Positions 20,078-29,675 of a stretch of DNA of 64,000 nt are shown piece after piece; position 1 is the stretch's first letter; the number at the start of each line of letters is the position of its first letter. The notes under the pieces were generated by a model, which saw only the letters and a list, made by a program, of their open reading frames with translations, was not told the DNA's origin and searched no databases. The position numbers were made by a program, and so were the translations under genes. The DNA is from a virus, in IMG/VR virus record IMGVR_UViG_3300009431_000004. The stretch is one strand, 5' to 3'.

Positions 20078-23000
20078 CAGTTACCGCGCCTCCCCTTCAC
20101 CAGCGCCGAGAAGTCCGTGTCCTCGTCGTAGCTGAAGTCCAAGTCCCCGAGTTGCAGGTACTCCGTCGGCCCCGGTTCGATGTTCTTGACCCCGGTGTCC
20201 CCGTAGACCATGTAGGTCACGGTCCACTCGTTCGTCGTGGGGTCATCCCCCGTGACCACTGTGACCAGCACACGCCGGGCCGTAATCTGCTGTCGCAGGG
20301 TGTCCAGCTCGTCCCCGCTGGCCAGCGGGTATTCGGCGGCCAGCGTCGCGTCGTCGCTGAAGCCGGGAATGTTCAAGCCGTCGTTGCCGATGATGTAGGC
20401 ACCCATGGCTGCGTACTTGAGCGGCACCCCGTTGTAGTTCGGGGGCGTGTCGAACAGGGTGAACGCCACCTCGTCGCGGAACACGCCGCGAGGCTCATTG
20501 AAGGAACCCCCGCCGTCGATGGTGCCGCTCTCCAAGGCCACGTCCACTCCGAGCAGGTAGACCTTCACGAGGTCGCTGGACCACGCCGTGATGAGTTCAA
20601 CGTCGGTGTCCTCTCCGGTCCGCATGACCTCCCGGACCACCATGGAGCCGTCCGTCTTGGCCATCTTGACCAGCGGCGTCACCACGTAGGACACATCGGT
20701 CGCCTGTTCGATGACCCCGATAATGTCCGACTGGCGGAGGGGCTGCCCGAGGGAGACGGCCCCGAACAGGCGTGAGAGGTTCGTCCGTACCGCGCTGTCC
20801 ACGACATCCTTGGACTTGCCCTTCACCATGACGATGGTGCCGGAGATGTCCACGCCCGTCGGGAGGGCGTCCTTCACGAGGACATCCGCCGTGACGTGCC
20901 TCATGGACCGGATGGCGTTCTGGGCCACGGCCACGAGGGCGTTGGACTGGTACGTGACCACGAAGTTCTCATCGTGCTGGTAGTCCACGATGACGGTGGT
21001 CCCCTCCTCGATACGGGAGTCGTCGGTCAGGACGAACGCGAGCGGGTTCTCGCCCTCCTCGTCGAGGAAGGTGAAGTCCTGCACGTCTCCCGGATGGAAG
21101 GGGCCGTAATACTCCGTAACACGGTCCACGGTGTAGATTCTGACCGTGGTCTTGTTGGCCCCGAGGCTGTTCAGGTACTCCGGGCCTTCGAGGATGACAT
21201 GCTCCTCTCCCGTGACCACGATGGGGTCGCCCGAGGGAACTTCGATGGGTTCGGTCCCGTCCGTGGGGACGACGACCTGCACGTAGTCCCCAGCCTCGGA
21301 GGACCTTCCCATGAGCAGGGGAAGCCCTGTGAACAGCCGGTAGGCGCTGGGGTCAATGACCCCCGAGCGGGTTGGGTCGCCCGCAAACGTGACAATTTCC
21401 CGGACCGGCTGCCGGGTGAAGATGTGCTTGTTGCTCGTGCGGTAGCGGTACGACCCCCGGAACACATCCGTCAAGGAGATGTTCACCGGGTCGTTGTTGG
21501 CCTGCGAGAGCTGGATGCCGTCCGGCGCGATGACCTGCACGTCGGTCAGGTCGAACACGAAGCCCGTGGTGTGGTCCTCGAACACGAAATCCCAGTCAGG
21601 GTTGTCCAGCATCTCAATGAGCGGGTTGTCGTCCGACAAGGCATCGTCGATGGCCCGGAATTGGAGGTTCTGGATGTCCCCGACCGGCTCGAACTGCTGG
21701 TTGAACCTGAAGTCGAACCTGAAGGCGAAGCCGTCCGTGAGCGTCGCAAGGCTCTCGCCCCGGCACCACACATCCACCTTGCCGCCCGTGTGCTTCTCGT
21801 AGTCGGAGTCCCAGTCACGCATCATCAGGGCATGGCCCGCGTCCACCACGTTGACCTGCCGAACGCCCGGCACGTCGATGGTGGTCTGCACGTAGCCCCG
21901 GTAGGTGCCGGAGTCCACGGCGGACAGAAGCCCGTCGGCACGGGTGGCCAGCTCCCGGTTCGTCTCCGCGTTGCGCCCGCCGAAGGTGTAGCCCTCGTTG
22001 ACGACCTGAACTCCCGGAGGCCCGTTCAGCAGCGACTTGATTTGGCCCGGAGCAAGGTTCCCCGCCTCTCCGGCGTCTTCGGCTTGGATAAACACCCGCG
22101 TCGAGTAGCGGCCCGTCTGGGGGTTGTACGTCGTCCCGGCACCCGTGGCTGCGATGGCCCCTGCCGAGGTGAGCCGGAAGTTGATGCCCCCGCCGGTCGC
22201 CTGCATCCCGATGACGAGCTGCTGTGTCGTCGTCGGCTGGGTGGTCATGTAGGCCGTCACCTCGCCGCGAGCGCGGTAGCCGGTCCGGCGGACGGCCCCT
22301 CTCCGGGCGGCCAGAGCGTCGAAGGCGTTGTCGATGACGAGCTGGGTGTCGGCGTCGGACTGAAGGAAGAACGCCTGCTTCAGGGCCACCTTGTAAGGAG
22401 ACTGGTTCACCGGCAACGAAGTCCCGGAGTTGCCGGGGTCGTCGATGGCCAGCAACGAGGAGAAGCTCTGGGCAGCCTGCACGAACCCCAGAACGAATCG
22501 GATACGCTCCGCCTCGGTTGCGAACGGGTCGATGAAGGTATCCCGCAGGGGTGCGCCCGGCTTGATGTCCAGCTCGGGCTGCGAACGGAAGATGGCCAGA
22601 GCGGTGTCCCGGACCACCTGCTGGTGGGTGACAGGGGGCAGCAACGCCAACGTCGGGGTGATGATGAGCGGCGCGGCTGCCAGTTCCGGGCTGAAGACCG
22701 ACTCGTACTCGTCTCCACCAATGAGGTAGACCGCCGTGACGACGTAGTACAGGGGGTCTTGGTCCGGGAGCGCAAGGAACGCCGAATTCGGGATGGCCGG
22801 ATTGTCCGACGAGGTTGTGGTGGACCGCCGGTCGTGGGTGAATGAGAACATCTGCACCCGGCGCACGGACTCCACGGTCACGGTGGTCTTGAGGTGTGTC
22901 ACCACCTCGGGAATCGGGAAGGCTTGGTTGTAGTCGGTCTGGAAGACAGTCCCGATGCGGTCCACCTGCTGGCCGATGACGTTCAGGTACAGCGGGTCCG

Positions 23001-23595
23001 CTGCGGGTTCCCCGTCGGCGTTGGTGGCCACGGTGGCGTCCACCGTGAGGTCCCCCAGCTCGTCTGTTTCCTCGGTGGTGTTGCTGGAAACGACCATCTC
23101 CGGGTTGATGCGGAAGTACCCGGCGGTCCCTCCTCCGGGGTCGGTAGAGGCGTAGAAGTGATACCCGACGACGTTGGAATCGACCAGTCCCTCGCACATG
23201 ATTTGGACCGTGTGGTCCCGCTTCTCGATGGACACCCCGGACGGGGCCAGAATCCCGGCCTTCACGTCCCGGTCGAGGGCCAGCCGGGCGTTGACCGTGC
23301 CGACCGCAGTTGTCTCACCGTTCGAGAGGACAGCCCGCACCTCGATGATGTTGTCGCCGGGGTACAGCTCCAAGCCAGCCGGGAAGGCCGACGGGTTGGG
23401 GATGGTGAACTCCGTCCCCTCGAAGATGATGGAGTCGGGGTCCGAGGTGAAGCCGCCGCTCCGGATGGACACCTGTATGTCTACCGTGTCGGGGTCAGTT
23501 GTCCCCCGGAAGAATCGCGTCGAGATGTCCGTGGAGAAGATGTACTCACTTCTCAGCACTCCATCCGGCCCGTAGAACTGGGGCGTGTTCGCCAT
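20077..23595 (-). CDS. Baseplate J-like wedge protein, extended (1172 aa)
   Basis: DIKPGAPLRDTFIDP, GEAGNLAPGQI, FGGRNAETNRELATR and GGKVDVW motifs of gpJ/gp47-type proteins. Follows the gp25-like gene. Confidence 0.85.
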   Translation of the reverse strand: MANTPQFYGPDGVLRSEYIFSTDISTRFFRGTTDPDTVDIQVSIRSGGFTSDPDSIIFEGTEFTIPNPSAFPAGLELYPGDNIIEVRAVLSNGETTAVGTVNARLALDRDVKAGILAPSGVSIEKRDHTVQIMCEGLVDSNVVGYHFYASTDPGGGTAGYFRINPEMVVSSNTTEETDELGDLTVDATVATNADGEPAADPLYLNVIGQQVDRIGTVFQTDYNQAFPIPEVVTHLKTTVTVESVRRVQMFSFTHDRRSTTTSSDNPAIPNSAFLALPDQDPLYYVVTAVYLIGGDEYESVFSPELAAAPLIITPTLALLPPVTHQQVVRDTALAIFRSQPELDIKPGAPLRDTFIDPFATEAERIRFVLGFVQAAQSFSSLLAIDDPGNSGTSLPVNQSPYKVALKQAFFLQSDADTQLVIDNAFDALAARRGAVRRTGYRARGEVTAYMTTQPTTTQQLVIGMQATGGGINFRLTSAGAIAATGAGTTYNPQTGRYSTRVFIQAEDAGEAGNLAPGQIKSLLNGPPGVQVVNEGYTFGGRNAETNRELATRADGLLSAVDSGTYRGYVQTTIDVPGVRQVNVVDAGHALMMRDWDSDYEKHTGGKVDVWCRGESLATLTDGFAFRFDFRFNQQFEPVGDIQNLQFRAIDDALSDDNPLIEMLDNPDWDFVFEDHTTGFVFDLTDVQVIAPDGIQLSQANNDPVNISLTDVFRGSYRYRTSNKHIFTRQPVREIVTFAGDPTRSGVIDPSAYRLFTGLPLLMGRSSEAGDYVQVVVPTDGTEPIEVPSGDPIVVTGEEHVILEGPEYLNSLGANKTTVRIYTVDRVTEYYGPFHPGDVQDFTFLDEEGENPLAFVLTDDSRIEEGTTVIVDYQHDENFVVTYQSNALVAVAQNAIRSMRHVTADVLVKDALPTGVDISGTIVMVKGKSKDVVDSAVRTNLSRLFGAVSLGQPLRQSDIIGVIEQATDVSYVVTPLVKMAKTDGSMVVREVMRTGEDTDVELITAWSSDLVKVYLLGVDVALESGTIDGGGSFNEPRGVFRDEVAFTLFDTPPNYNGVPLKYAAMGAYIIGNDGLNIPGFSDDATLAAEYPLASGDELDTLRQQITARRVLVTVVTGDDPTTNEWTVTYMVYGDTGVKNIEPGPTEYLQLGDLDFSYDEDTDFSALVKGRRGN

Positions 23596-23596
23596 G

Positions 23597-24799
23597 CTAT
23601 CTCCCGCTGTTCAACTGAAGGCGACTGCCACCGGGAACGTAAATCGTCCGTGCTTCTTCGGCACTCAGGCCCGCCTGCTCGGTCCCCAACATCAGGCCAT
23701 TGCTCCCCATGAGCGCCACCACGTCCGGGACTGTGAACACGATGTTCAGGTTGACCGGCTGCCCCGAAGCGTTCTGCACCGCGACCCCAATCATGAAGGT
23801 GGTCGGGTCTTGCTCGTGCGGCAACACCTCCACGTTCAGGACCGAGTAGAGACGCTCCTTGTAGGTGACGGTCTGGTACTTGGCCTGCTCCTCCTGAAGG
23901 GACTCCAACCGGGAAAGCGCCCGCCGGACATCCTCGCTGATGACAGAGGACACCCCGGACAGCGACTTGCTGCCGATACGCGAGCGGAGCTGGGTGCCGT
24001 ACCACGGATGGTACGGGTTGCTCCCACGGTCGGTCAGGAGAATCTTGAGGACGGCCTGATACAGCAGGTCTTCGTTCTCGATGAGGACGGACAGCCCGCT
24101 CGTGTCGTACCGGAAGTCGTTTTCGATGTAGCCCCCGCCACACCGGAGACACCGCTGGGGAGGCGTCGTGTACGTGACCTTGAATCGGGGGTTGTTGCGA
24201 ATGACCCCCCTGAACTGGGGATAGCGGTTGGTGATTTCGTCCGGGCGGATTACGAGTTCCCAGCCGGGATAGAGCTGCTGGCCGGTGGCACGCCACTGGT
24301 AGTTGACGCCTCCGCAGTTGCCCACTCCCGTCGGCGCACCGAACCCCAACGAGACTGCGGCGGTTCCGCTGACCTTGATGAAGGAGTCGATGCCGACCTT
24401 ATTGGTGTCCGAGAACAGGAGATGCCCGTTCACGTCTTCCGGGAGAATCGAGCTGATAAGCCCCTGCTTGAGAATCTCCTTGATGACCTGCTCGGCGGTC
24501 CAACGCTGGGTGCCTCGAACGCCGAAGGTGATGGTCGAGCTGCCCCCGGAGGACTCGATGGTCAGGGTGTCCTCGTTCTCCACGAGGTCGTAGGGACCGG
24601 AGATTGCACCGTAGAGCTGGGCGACGGAGAACAGGCCACCTTGCGGGATGAACAGCTCATTGTTGACGAGGATACGCACCAGCCCGGAAGCAGCCACAGG
24701 CTGCCGGGTATCAAGAGAACGTCTGTCGCTCCCTAGAGCCACCACCTCCTCCACTGTGAAGTGGGGACATGGCCAAGCAAGCGCGAAATCCCGACTCAT
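23597..24799 (-). CDS. gp25/GpW-like baseplate wedge (sheath initiator) with N-terminal extension (400 aa)
   Basis: C-terminal DLLYQAVLKILLTDRGSNPYHPWYGTQL signature. Directly upstream of baseplate J apart from a 1-nt gap. Confidence 0.8.
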   Translation of the reverse strand: MSRDFALAWPCPHFTVEEVVALGSDRRSLDTRQPVAASGLVRILVNNELFIPQGGLFSVAQLYGAISGPYDLVENEDTLTIESSGGSSTITFGVRGTQRWTAEQVIKEILKQGLISSILPEDVNGHLLFSDTNKVGIDSFIKVSGTAAVSLGFGAPTGVGNCGGVNYQWRATGQQLYPGWELVIRPDEITNRYPQFRGVIRNNPRFKVTYTTPPQRCLRCGGGYIENDFRYDTSGLSVLIENEDLLYQAVLKILLTDRGSNPYHPWYGTQLRSRIGSKSLSGVSSVISEDVRRALSRLESLQEEQAKYQTVTYKERLYSVLNVEVLPHEQDPTTFMIGVAVQNASGQPVNLNIVFTVPDVVALMGSNGLMLGTEQAGLSAEEARTIYVPGGSRLQLNSGR

Positions 24800-25587
24800 G
24801 CCTTGACCTTCCTACGCTGTGCCGCTCGCCGGGCTTCGGTCCAAGGAATCCCCTTACGGGCGGCGCTCATCCTCCGGCAAGTGGCTTCACTGCGCTTGAG
24901 GCCCGTTATCTTTTGACGCTGTTCCTCTGACCAACGTCGCCCACGATTGGCCTCCCCAATCTTGCGTTTCGTCTCGGGGCTTTGGGTCGAACCCGTCCTC
25001 GCTGCAATCGCGGCCAAGGGGGGCTGACCTTTCTTTGCATCCGAAATCGCCTGTTTATGGGCCGCTGACATTGACCCTTTTGGCACCCCTCTCTGGGCTT
25101 CAGCAACTCTCTCCCGATGTCTTTGAGTCGGGACATACCCCGAGTCTAGTGCCGCCTTCACCATCTTTGGTTGGAAAGTCGGGTCCGCCACCAGCCTCCG
25201 ACGAGTCGCATCCCCAATCTTTGCCCGAGCTTCAGCGTTTGGGGTATAGCCTTTGAAGCTGCCCGCAGTCGGGAGAGTATTCATGCCCTTCTGACCGCAC
25301 GCATCGCAAGCATCCATATAGTGCTGTTCACGGACCGCCAACTGGTCCGGGTCGGGGACCTCCTCCAATATCCGAAATGTAAAGGAATCCCCGCCGTAAA
25401 GGTCCCACGCCTTCTGAAGTCTGGGGCATCCTCTCCCCGCCCTTAGCTCCTTCACATGGTCCCGCCAGCGCCCTCGGATTCGACGGGATTGCCCAACGTA
25501 CACCTGCCCGGAAGCAGCACAGGTAATCTGGTAGACCCCCATCTCGGGGAGGTCATAGGGCCAAGCCAGTTGAAAATCCTTCGCCAT
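24796..25587 (-). CDS. GIY-YIG homing endonuclease with NUMOD3 repeats (263 aa)
   Basis: GVYQI..YVGQS..RW..H..REQHYMD..GMN catalytic domain. Repeats HKQAISDAKKG, QSPETKRKIGEANRG, RSEATCRRMSAARKG. Confidence 0.92.
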   Translation of the reverse strand: MAKDFQLAWPYDLPEMGVYQITCAASGQVYVGQSRRIRGRWRDHVKELRAGRGCPRLQKAWDLYGGDSFTFRILEEVPDPDQLAVREQHYMDACDACGQKGMNTLPTAGSFKGYTPNAEARAKIGDATRRRLVADPTFQPKMVKAALDSGYVPTQRHRERVAEAQRGVPKGSMSAAHKQAISDAKKGQPPLAAIAARTGSTQSPETKRKIGEANRGRRWSEEQRQKITGLKRSEATCRRMSAARKGIPWTEARRAAQRRKVKA

Positions 25588-25605
25588 CTTCGCGCCTACG
25601 TTTCC

Positions 25606-25636
25606 TCATTGAATGGACCATATAGGCTAGACACCG
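25606..25636 (-). promoter_or_regulatory. Putative phage late promoter, copy 4
   Basis: CGGT-GTCTAGC-CTAT-N12-ATGA. Confidence 0.7.
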
Positions 25637-25642
25637 CCCGGC

Positions 25643-26533
25643 CTATCCGCCCATCGGGTCACGGTTCTCCGACGACACATCGGGGAACGTGAATTCGAGG
25701 AACGGCACCTTGCCCTGATTGGCCCGGAAAGCAATCACCTCTCCGTCGTTGTCCGTCTCGTAGAGCATCTCGTACATATCCTGAATCAGCACTTGCATCC
25801 GAAGGTCAGGGGAGAACCTATTGGAATCGAACTCGCTGACCCCAGAGAGCGCCCCGCCAAAAGCCTGCACCAGAACCTCATCCCGCTCCTTTTCCAGTTG
25901 CTCCCGAAGGTCACAGAGCTTGATGATTTGCCACTCGATGTCCTGCAAGCGTTCCTTGATTTCCTGATTCGCCCAGCTCCGAATCTGGTGCATGTACCGG
26001 ACGACCGAGTTGGAGTCGAAGTTGCCCCGGTCCTGCCGCCCGCCCTGTCGAGCTGGGTAGTAGCTGTCCGCATCGACCCATCCGCCCCTGTAGGAGCCGT
26101 AGCCCGTCTCTTTGCCCTCAACGGCAATCGGGTCGTTGTAGTCTGTCGAGATGGGAGCCACGATGCCCCCGTGAGGATAGACCCGGTGGACCTTGACCCC
26201 GCCGTCGGCATCCTCTGAAACGATTTCGGTGCTGTCCGGGTGCATGAAGGGGGAGATGTCCAGCGGGTTGCCCCCATTGGCCACGTAGGCTTGGCAGAGC
26301 CTCCCCAGTGAAGACCCTTCCGTGACGGAGAAGCCGATGCGCTCCTCCGTGGCTTTCGTCTCACCGTCCTCCGTGGTCAGCTTGTAGGCCACGGTCACGA
26401 ACCCAATGCGTTCGACCTCGGCGTCAATCGCCCCGACACGAGCGGACACAGCCTTCCGGTTCCGCAGGAGCCAGCTCGTGGTGGCCCTGAAGTAACCGAC
26501 CGGCCAGACGCTCATTTTCGAGAAGGACGCCAC
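25643..26533 (-). CDS. Hypothetical virion protein (296 aa)
   Basis: GTG start after GGAGGT. Coiled-coil C-terminal half. Within the baseplate cluster. Confidence 0.7.
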   Translation of the reverse strand: MASFSKMSVWPVGYFRATTSWLLRNRKAVSARVGAIDAEVERIGFVTVAYKLTTEDGETKATEERIGFSVTEGSSLGRLCQAYVANGGNPLDISPFMHPDSTEIVSEDADGGVKVHRVYPHGGIVAPISTDYNDPIAVEGKETGYGSYRGGWVDADSYYPARQGGRQDRGNFDSNSVVRYMHQIRSWANQEIKERLQDIEWQIIKLCDLREQLEKERDEVLVQAFGGALSGVSEFDSNRFSPDLRMQVLIQDMYEMLYETDNDGEVIAFRANQGKVPFLEFTFPDVSSENRDPMGG

Positions 26534-26541
26534 ACTACCTC

Positions 26542-29433
26542 CTACAGCACATCCGGTTCGGGGTCAGGCGGGACCGGGGGTTCCTCGGGGATTCCCTCGA
26601 TGCCCACAACGGGGGCCAGTTGTCCCTCCTCGGACAGGAAACCCTCCGACTCCCCCTGCGTGACACTCATGATGAGCTTGATGATGTCCATAATGAACGC
26701 CGGGCCGACCGGGATGACCACCGCGATACCTGCCCCGAAGGCCAGCGGCTTGTCGTTGGGCTTGTTCTGGGCTGCCACCAAGTCTGCCATGACTCCGCCC
26801 GTCCCGTTCGAGTAGAGCATGAGGGCGCTGCACTTCGGAATCTGGAAGGTGTAGCCCAGCATCGACTGGACGAGAGCGTTGATGCGCCGGATGAGCTGCT
26901 GCAACTCGATGATTCGAGCCTCGATGAACTCGATGTACTTCTGGATGGTGTCCGTCACCGATTCGAGAGTCTTGGCGATAGCCTCCACCCAGTTGAGGAA
27001 CTGAGCCATGACTTCCTCGATGGCAGGAAACTGGTCGAGGAAGCGGATGGCAATCCACTCTCCGTCATCTGGGGAACGGTTCAAGGCAGCCCCAGCCACC
27101 CCGAGGGCGAGCGCCGCCTCTTGGAGGAGCTGCCCGCCTTGGTACTTGGCGAACGCACCCCGGCAGAATATGACACCCGCACCCGGCACGTTTGCCGGAG
27201 GTGGATTGGCCGACCGGACCTTTATCAGCTCGCGCTGCCCGACGTAGAACACCGGGGACAGGTCCGCCGACCCGACCGTCTGCTGTGTGGCAACCAGCGT
27301 ATTCATGGAGGCCCGGTCCTCGTCCGGCACCACGTAGGAGCCATCCTCCTGCCTGTACTTCTCGTAGAAGATTCGGAGCGACGGGGGCAACGCCCTCATA
27401 AAGGTTTCGGCCCCCTCCGCCGCAACTGTCGGTGTGACCTTGAACTTGTCGTCCGTACCCCCGACCTTGCCCTCCTGCATCTGGGGACGCCGTTCCTGAA
27501 ATACTCCGTCGATGAAGAAGAACTGCTGGACCGTACTCGGGGCGACACCCATGCAGTACGGGTTCAGGGCGACACCGGCATCCAAGATGTTGCCCGATAC
27601 GTCGGTGTCCATGGATTCCAAGATGGTTGATGCAACCGTGGCCTCCGGGAGGTAGTGGAACAAGTCCGGGCTGACCTCTTTGATGATATTTCCCCACAAC
27701 ACCGAGCGCAGGGCTTCGGTAGCATCCACCACTGCGGCCTCGGCTTCAGGTAGCGGGCCGGTCTTGCTGTAGAGGTCGTGAGCCGTCGCCCGGACCCACG
27801 TCAGAATGTGGTCGCGCATCTTCGTCGGGTCTTCTTCCCGTGTGTCCCGGAGCTTCTTGGCGAAGTCCTTGTAGATGAAACCGACGAGGTGCTGGAACTT
27901 TTCCAGCCCACTCCGCTCCAACGCCAGACCGGGGACGATGAGCTGATTGGCCTGCATGAGCTTGAGTTTCTCTGCGTCGATGACGTTTTCCAGCGTGTCG
28001 ATGGGCGTCAGGTCGGGCCTGCTCAGGACCAGAACCACCAACGCCACCTGCACGGCTTCAAGGTACTGCTGGGTGTTCACGTTCGGGAACACCACGGGCC
28101 AAGGCTGGGAGAACTCGCTGATGGAGCTGTAGGGGCCGTCCGCGTCCTTGGTTGTGACCATCGGTGGCCGGGTCGTGTCGTCCTTGAGGGGCAGGTACTT
28201 CGAGAAATCGTACTGGAACTCGACTTCCTTGCTCCCGATGGCCTCCGACGTGGAAGCCACGCGCACGTAGAGAGTGTGCGCCGGTCCGTCGTCCTCGATG
28301 GTCACTTCCCCTGTGGACGAGTCCATGGATACCGAGGCATCGTGAGGCATGTCCTCGGTCTTGAGCAGGTACGAAAGGGCGTCGCCCACCCACTTCTCAC
28401 CAATGTTGACGGACATGAAGAAGGTCCGCTGGAAGAAATAGGTGTCGCCATCCTTGAGCGATTCCAACGGGATGGGGATGCCTGTCGGGGTGCGCCCGTA
28501 GATGCGGGTACGCCCGTCCTCGATTTTTACGTCCCCCTTGAGCGAGTTGTTGTACTGAAGGTCGGCCGGGAAGCCTGCGAGCATCTCCGCCCCACCATAG
28601 AGGACGAAGTTGTCGTTGCCCTCGTCCTTTACAGGGCCGAAATCTCGGGGCTGCTGGCCGCCCACGGTGCCTGCATTGGACTGGCCCCGGTCCCACACGA
28701 CGGGGATACCGTTCTCGAAGGTGGAGACGGTCACGATGTAGCCGCCCGGAGGCATCGGCGGGAACGGGTCAAAGGGGTTCTTCTTGGTGGGGACCGTGGC
28801 CACCCACTTGACCTGTGCCACGTTCGGGGGCGTCCCGTCCCCTTTCTTGAAGAAGGCACCCAAGTCCTCGATTTGCCAGACACTCAAGGCATCGTTGCCG
28901 TACTTGATTTCGGTGATAGTCGGCACGGGGAAGCCGCCCGGTGTCTTGTACTCCTGCTTGAAGAACTGGATGAGCTTCAGGATGAAGGCAATGAGCCGTT
29001 GGATGTCCGAGATGTCTACCGACAAGTAGAAGAACAGACTCAGGATGGCTGTCCGGCTCGACAGGTTCGGGCGCGTCGGGTCGGTTCTGTCGGTCAGTCG
29101 GGCAATCATCCGGCGCTCGTACTCTGCGAAACCTCCCCGCAACTCCTTGAAGGGGTATTTCATGAGAGGCCAGTCACCCGTGATGTAGATGCCCATCTGG
29201 CGCAGGTCTTTCAGGAGGCCCTTTATCTCGTCGATGAGTGCCTTCACGATGGCCGCAATGGGGTCGATGTAGCCGATGAGGTATGCCTTGGCGATGTTCA
29301 ACGCCACCAGCATGATGTCCAGCACCGTGATGAGAAACTCCGCCACCGAGTTGATGGCGTTCCGGGTGTCCTCCAAGAAGTCCGGGACTTCGAGGGTCAG
29401 AGTTCCCCATTGGTCGGTGGCGGTGTCGGCCAC
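26542..29433 (-). CDS. Hypothetical virion protein with terminal amphipathic/coiled-coil helices (963 aa)
   Basis: GTG start after GGAGG. Long ORF with typical codon bias. Confidence 0.7.
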   Translation of the reverse strand: MADTATDQWGTLTLEVPDFLEDTRNAINSVAEFLITVLDIMLVALNIAKAYLIGYIDPIAAIVKALIDEIKGLLKDLRQMGIYITGDWPLMKYPFKELRGGFAEYERRMIARLTDRTDPTRPNLSSRTAILSLFFYLSVDISDIQRLIAFILKLIQFFKQEYKTPGGFPVPTITEIKYGNDALSVWQIEDLGAFFKKGDGTPPNVAQVKWVATVPTKKNPFDPFPPMPPGGYIVTVSTFENGIPVVWDRGQSNAGTVGGQQPRDFGPVKDEGNDNFVLYGGAEMLAGFPADLQYNNSLKGDVKIEDGRTRIYGRTPTGIPIPLESLKDGDTYFFQRTFFMSVNIGEKWVGDALSYLLKTEDMPHDASVSMDSSTGEVTIEDDGPAHTLYVRVASTSEAIGSKEVEFQYDFSKYLPLKDDTTRPPMVTTKDADGPYSSISEFSQPWPVVFPNVNTQQYLEAVQVALVVLVLSRPDLTPIDTLENVIDAEKLKLMQANQLIVPGLALERSGLEKFQHLVGFIYKDFAKKLRDTREEDPTKMRDHILTWVRATAHDLYSKTGPLPEAEAAVVDATEALRSVLWGNIIKEVSPDLFHYLPEATVASTILESMDTDVSGNILDAGVALNPYCMGVAPSTVQQFFFIDGVFQERRPQMQEGKVGGTDDKFKVTPTVAAEGAETFMRALPPSLRIFYEKYRQEDGSYVVPDEDRASMNTLVATQQTVGSADLSPVFYVGQRELIKVRSANPPPANVPGAGVIFCRGAFAKYQGGQLLQEAALALGVAGAALNRSPDDGEWIAIRFLDQFPAIEEVMAQFLNWVEAIAKTLESVTDTIQKYIEFIEARIIELQQLIRRINALVQSMLGYTFQIPKCSALMLYSNGTGGVMADLVAAQNKPNDKPLAFGAGIAVVIPVGPAFIMDIIKLIMSVTQGESEGFLSEEGQLAPVVGIEGIPEEPPVPPDPEPDVL

Positions 29434-29675
29434 TAGATTCCTCCTCCGAACTTGAGCCGGGCCAACTGCTCCTTCAGGGCCACAAGCGATTTCTCATCCT
29501 GCTCCACCAACCCCTGAAAGAGGTCGCGCAGGTGCAGGAGCTTCTCCCTCTGGTCGCCCACCATGGCGGGCATCACGCGACGGGCTTCCTTCTCGTCCCA
29601 CTTACCGGGTTCGATGCCCAGCTCATCGAGGAGAGCTTTCAGCTCCTCTATCGTCTGTGGTGCCTGCTCACTCAA
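29433..29675 (-). CDS. Small coiled-coil hypothetical protein (about 80 aa)
   Basis: Probable TTG start overlapping the end of the giant gene, after GGAG. Reads (M)SEQAPQTIEELKALLDELG... Confidence 0.6.
   Translation of the reverse strand: MSEQAPQTIEELKALLDELGIEPGKWDEKEARRVMPAMVGDQREKLLHLRDLFQGLVEQDEKSLVALKEQLARLKFGGGI

Noticed and set aside
24796-25587. Group I intron or intein around the endonucleases
   Set aside because: The ORFs abut or overlap their neighbours with no space for a ribozyme core. No Cys/Ser...His-Asn intein ends. Host genes are complete without splicing.
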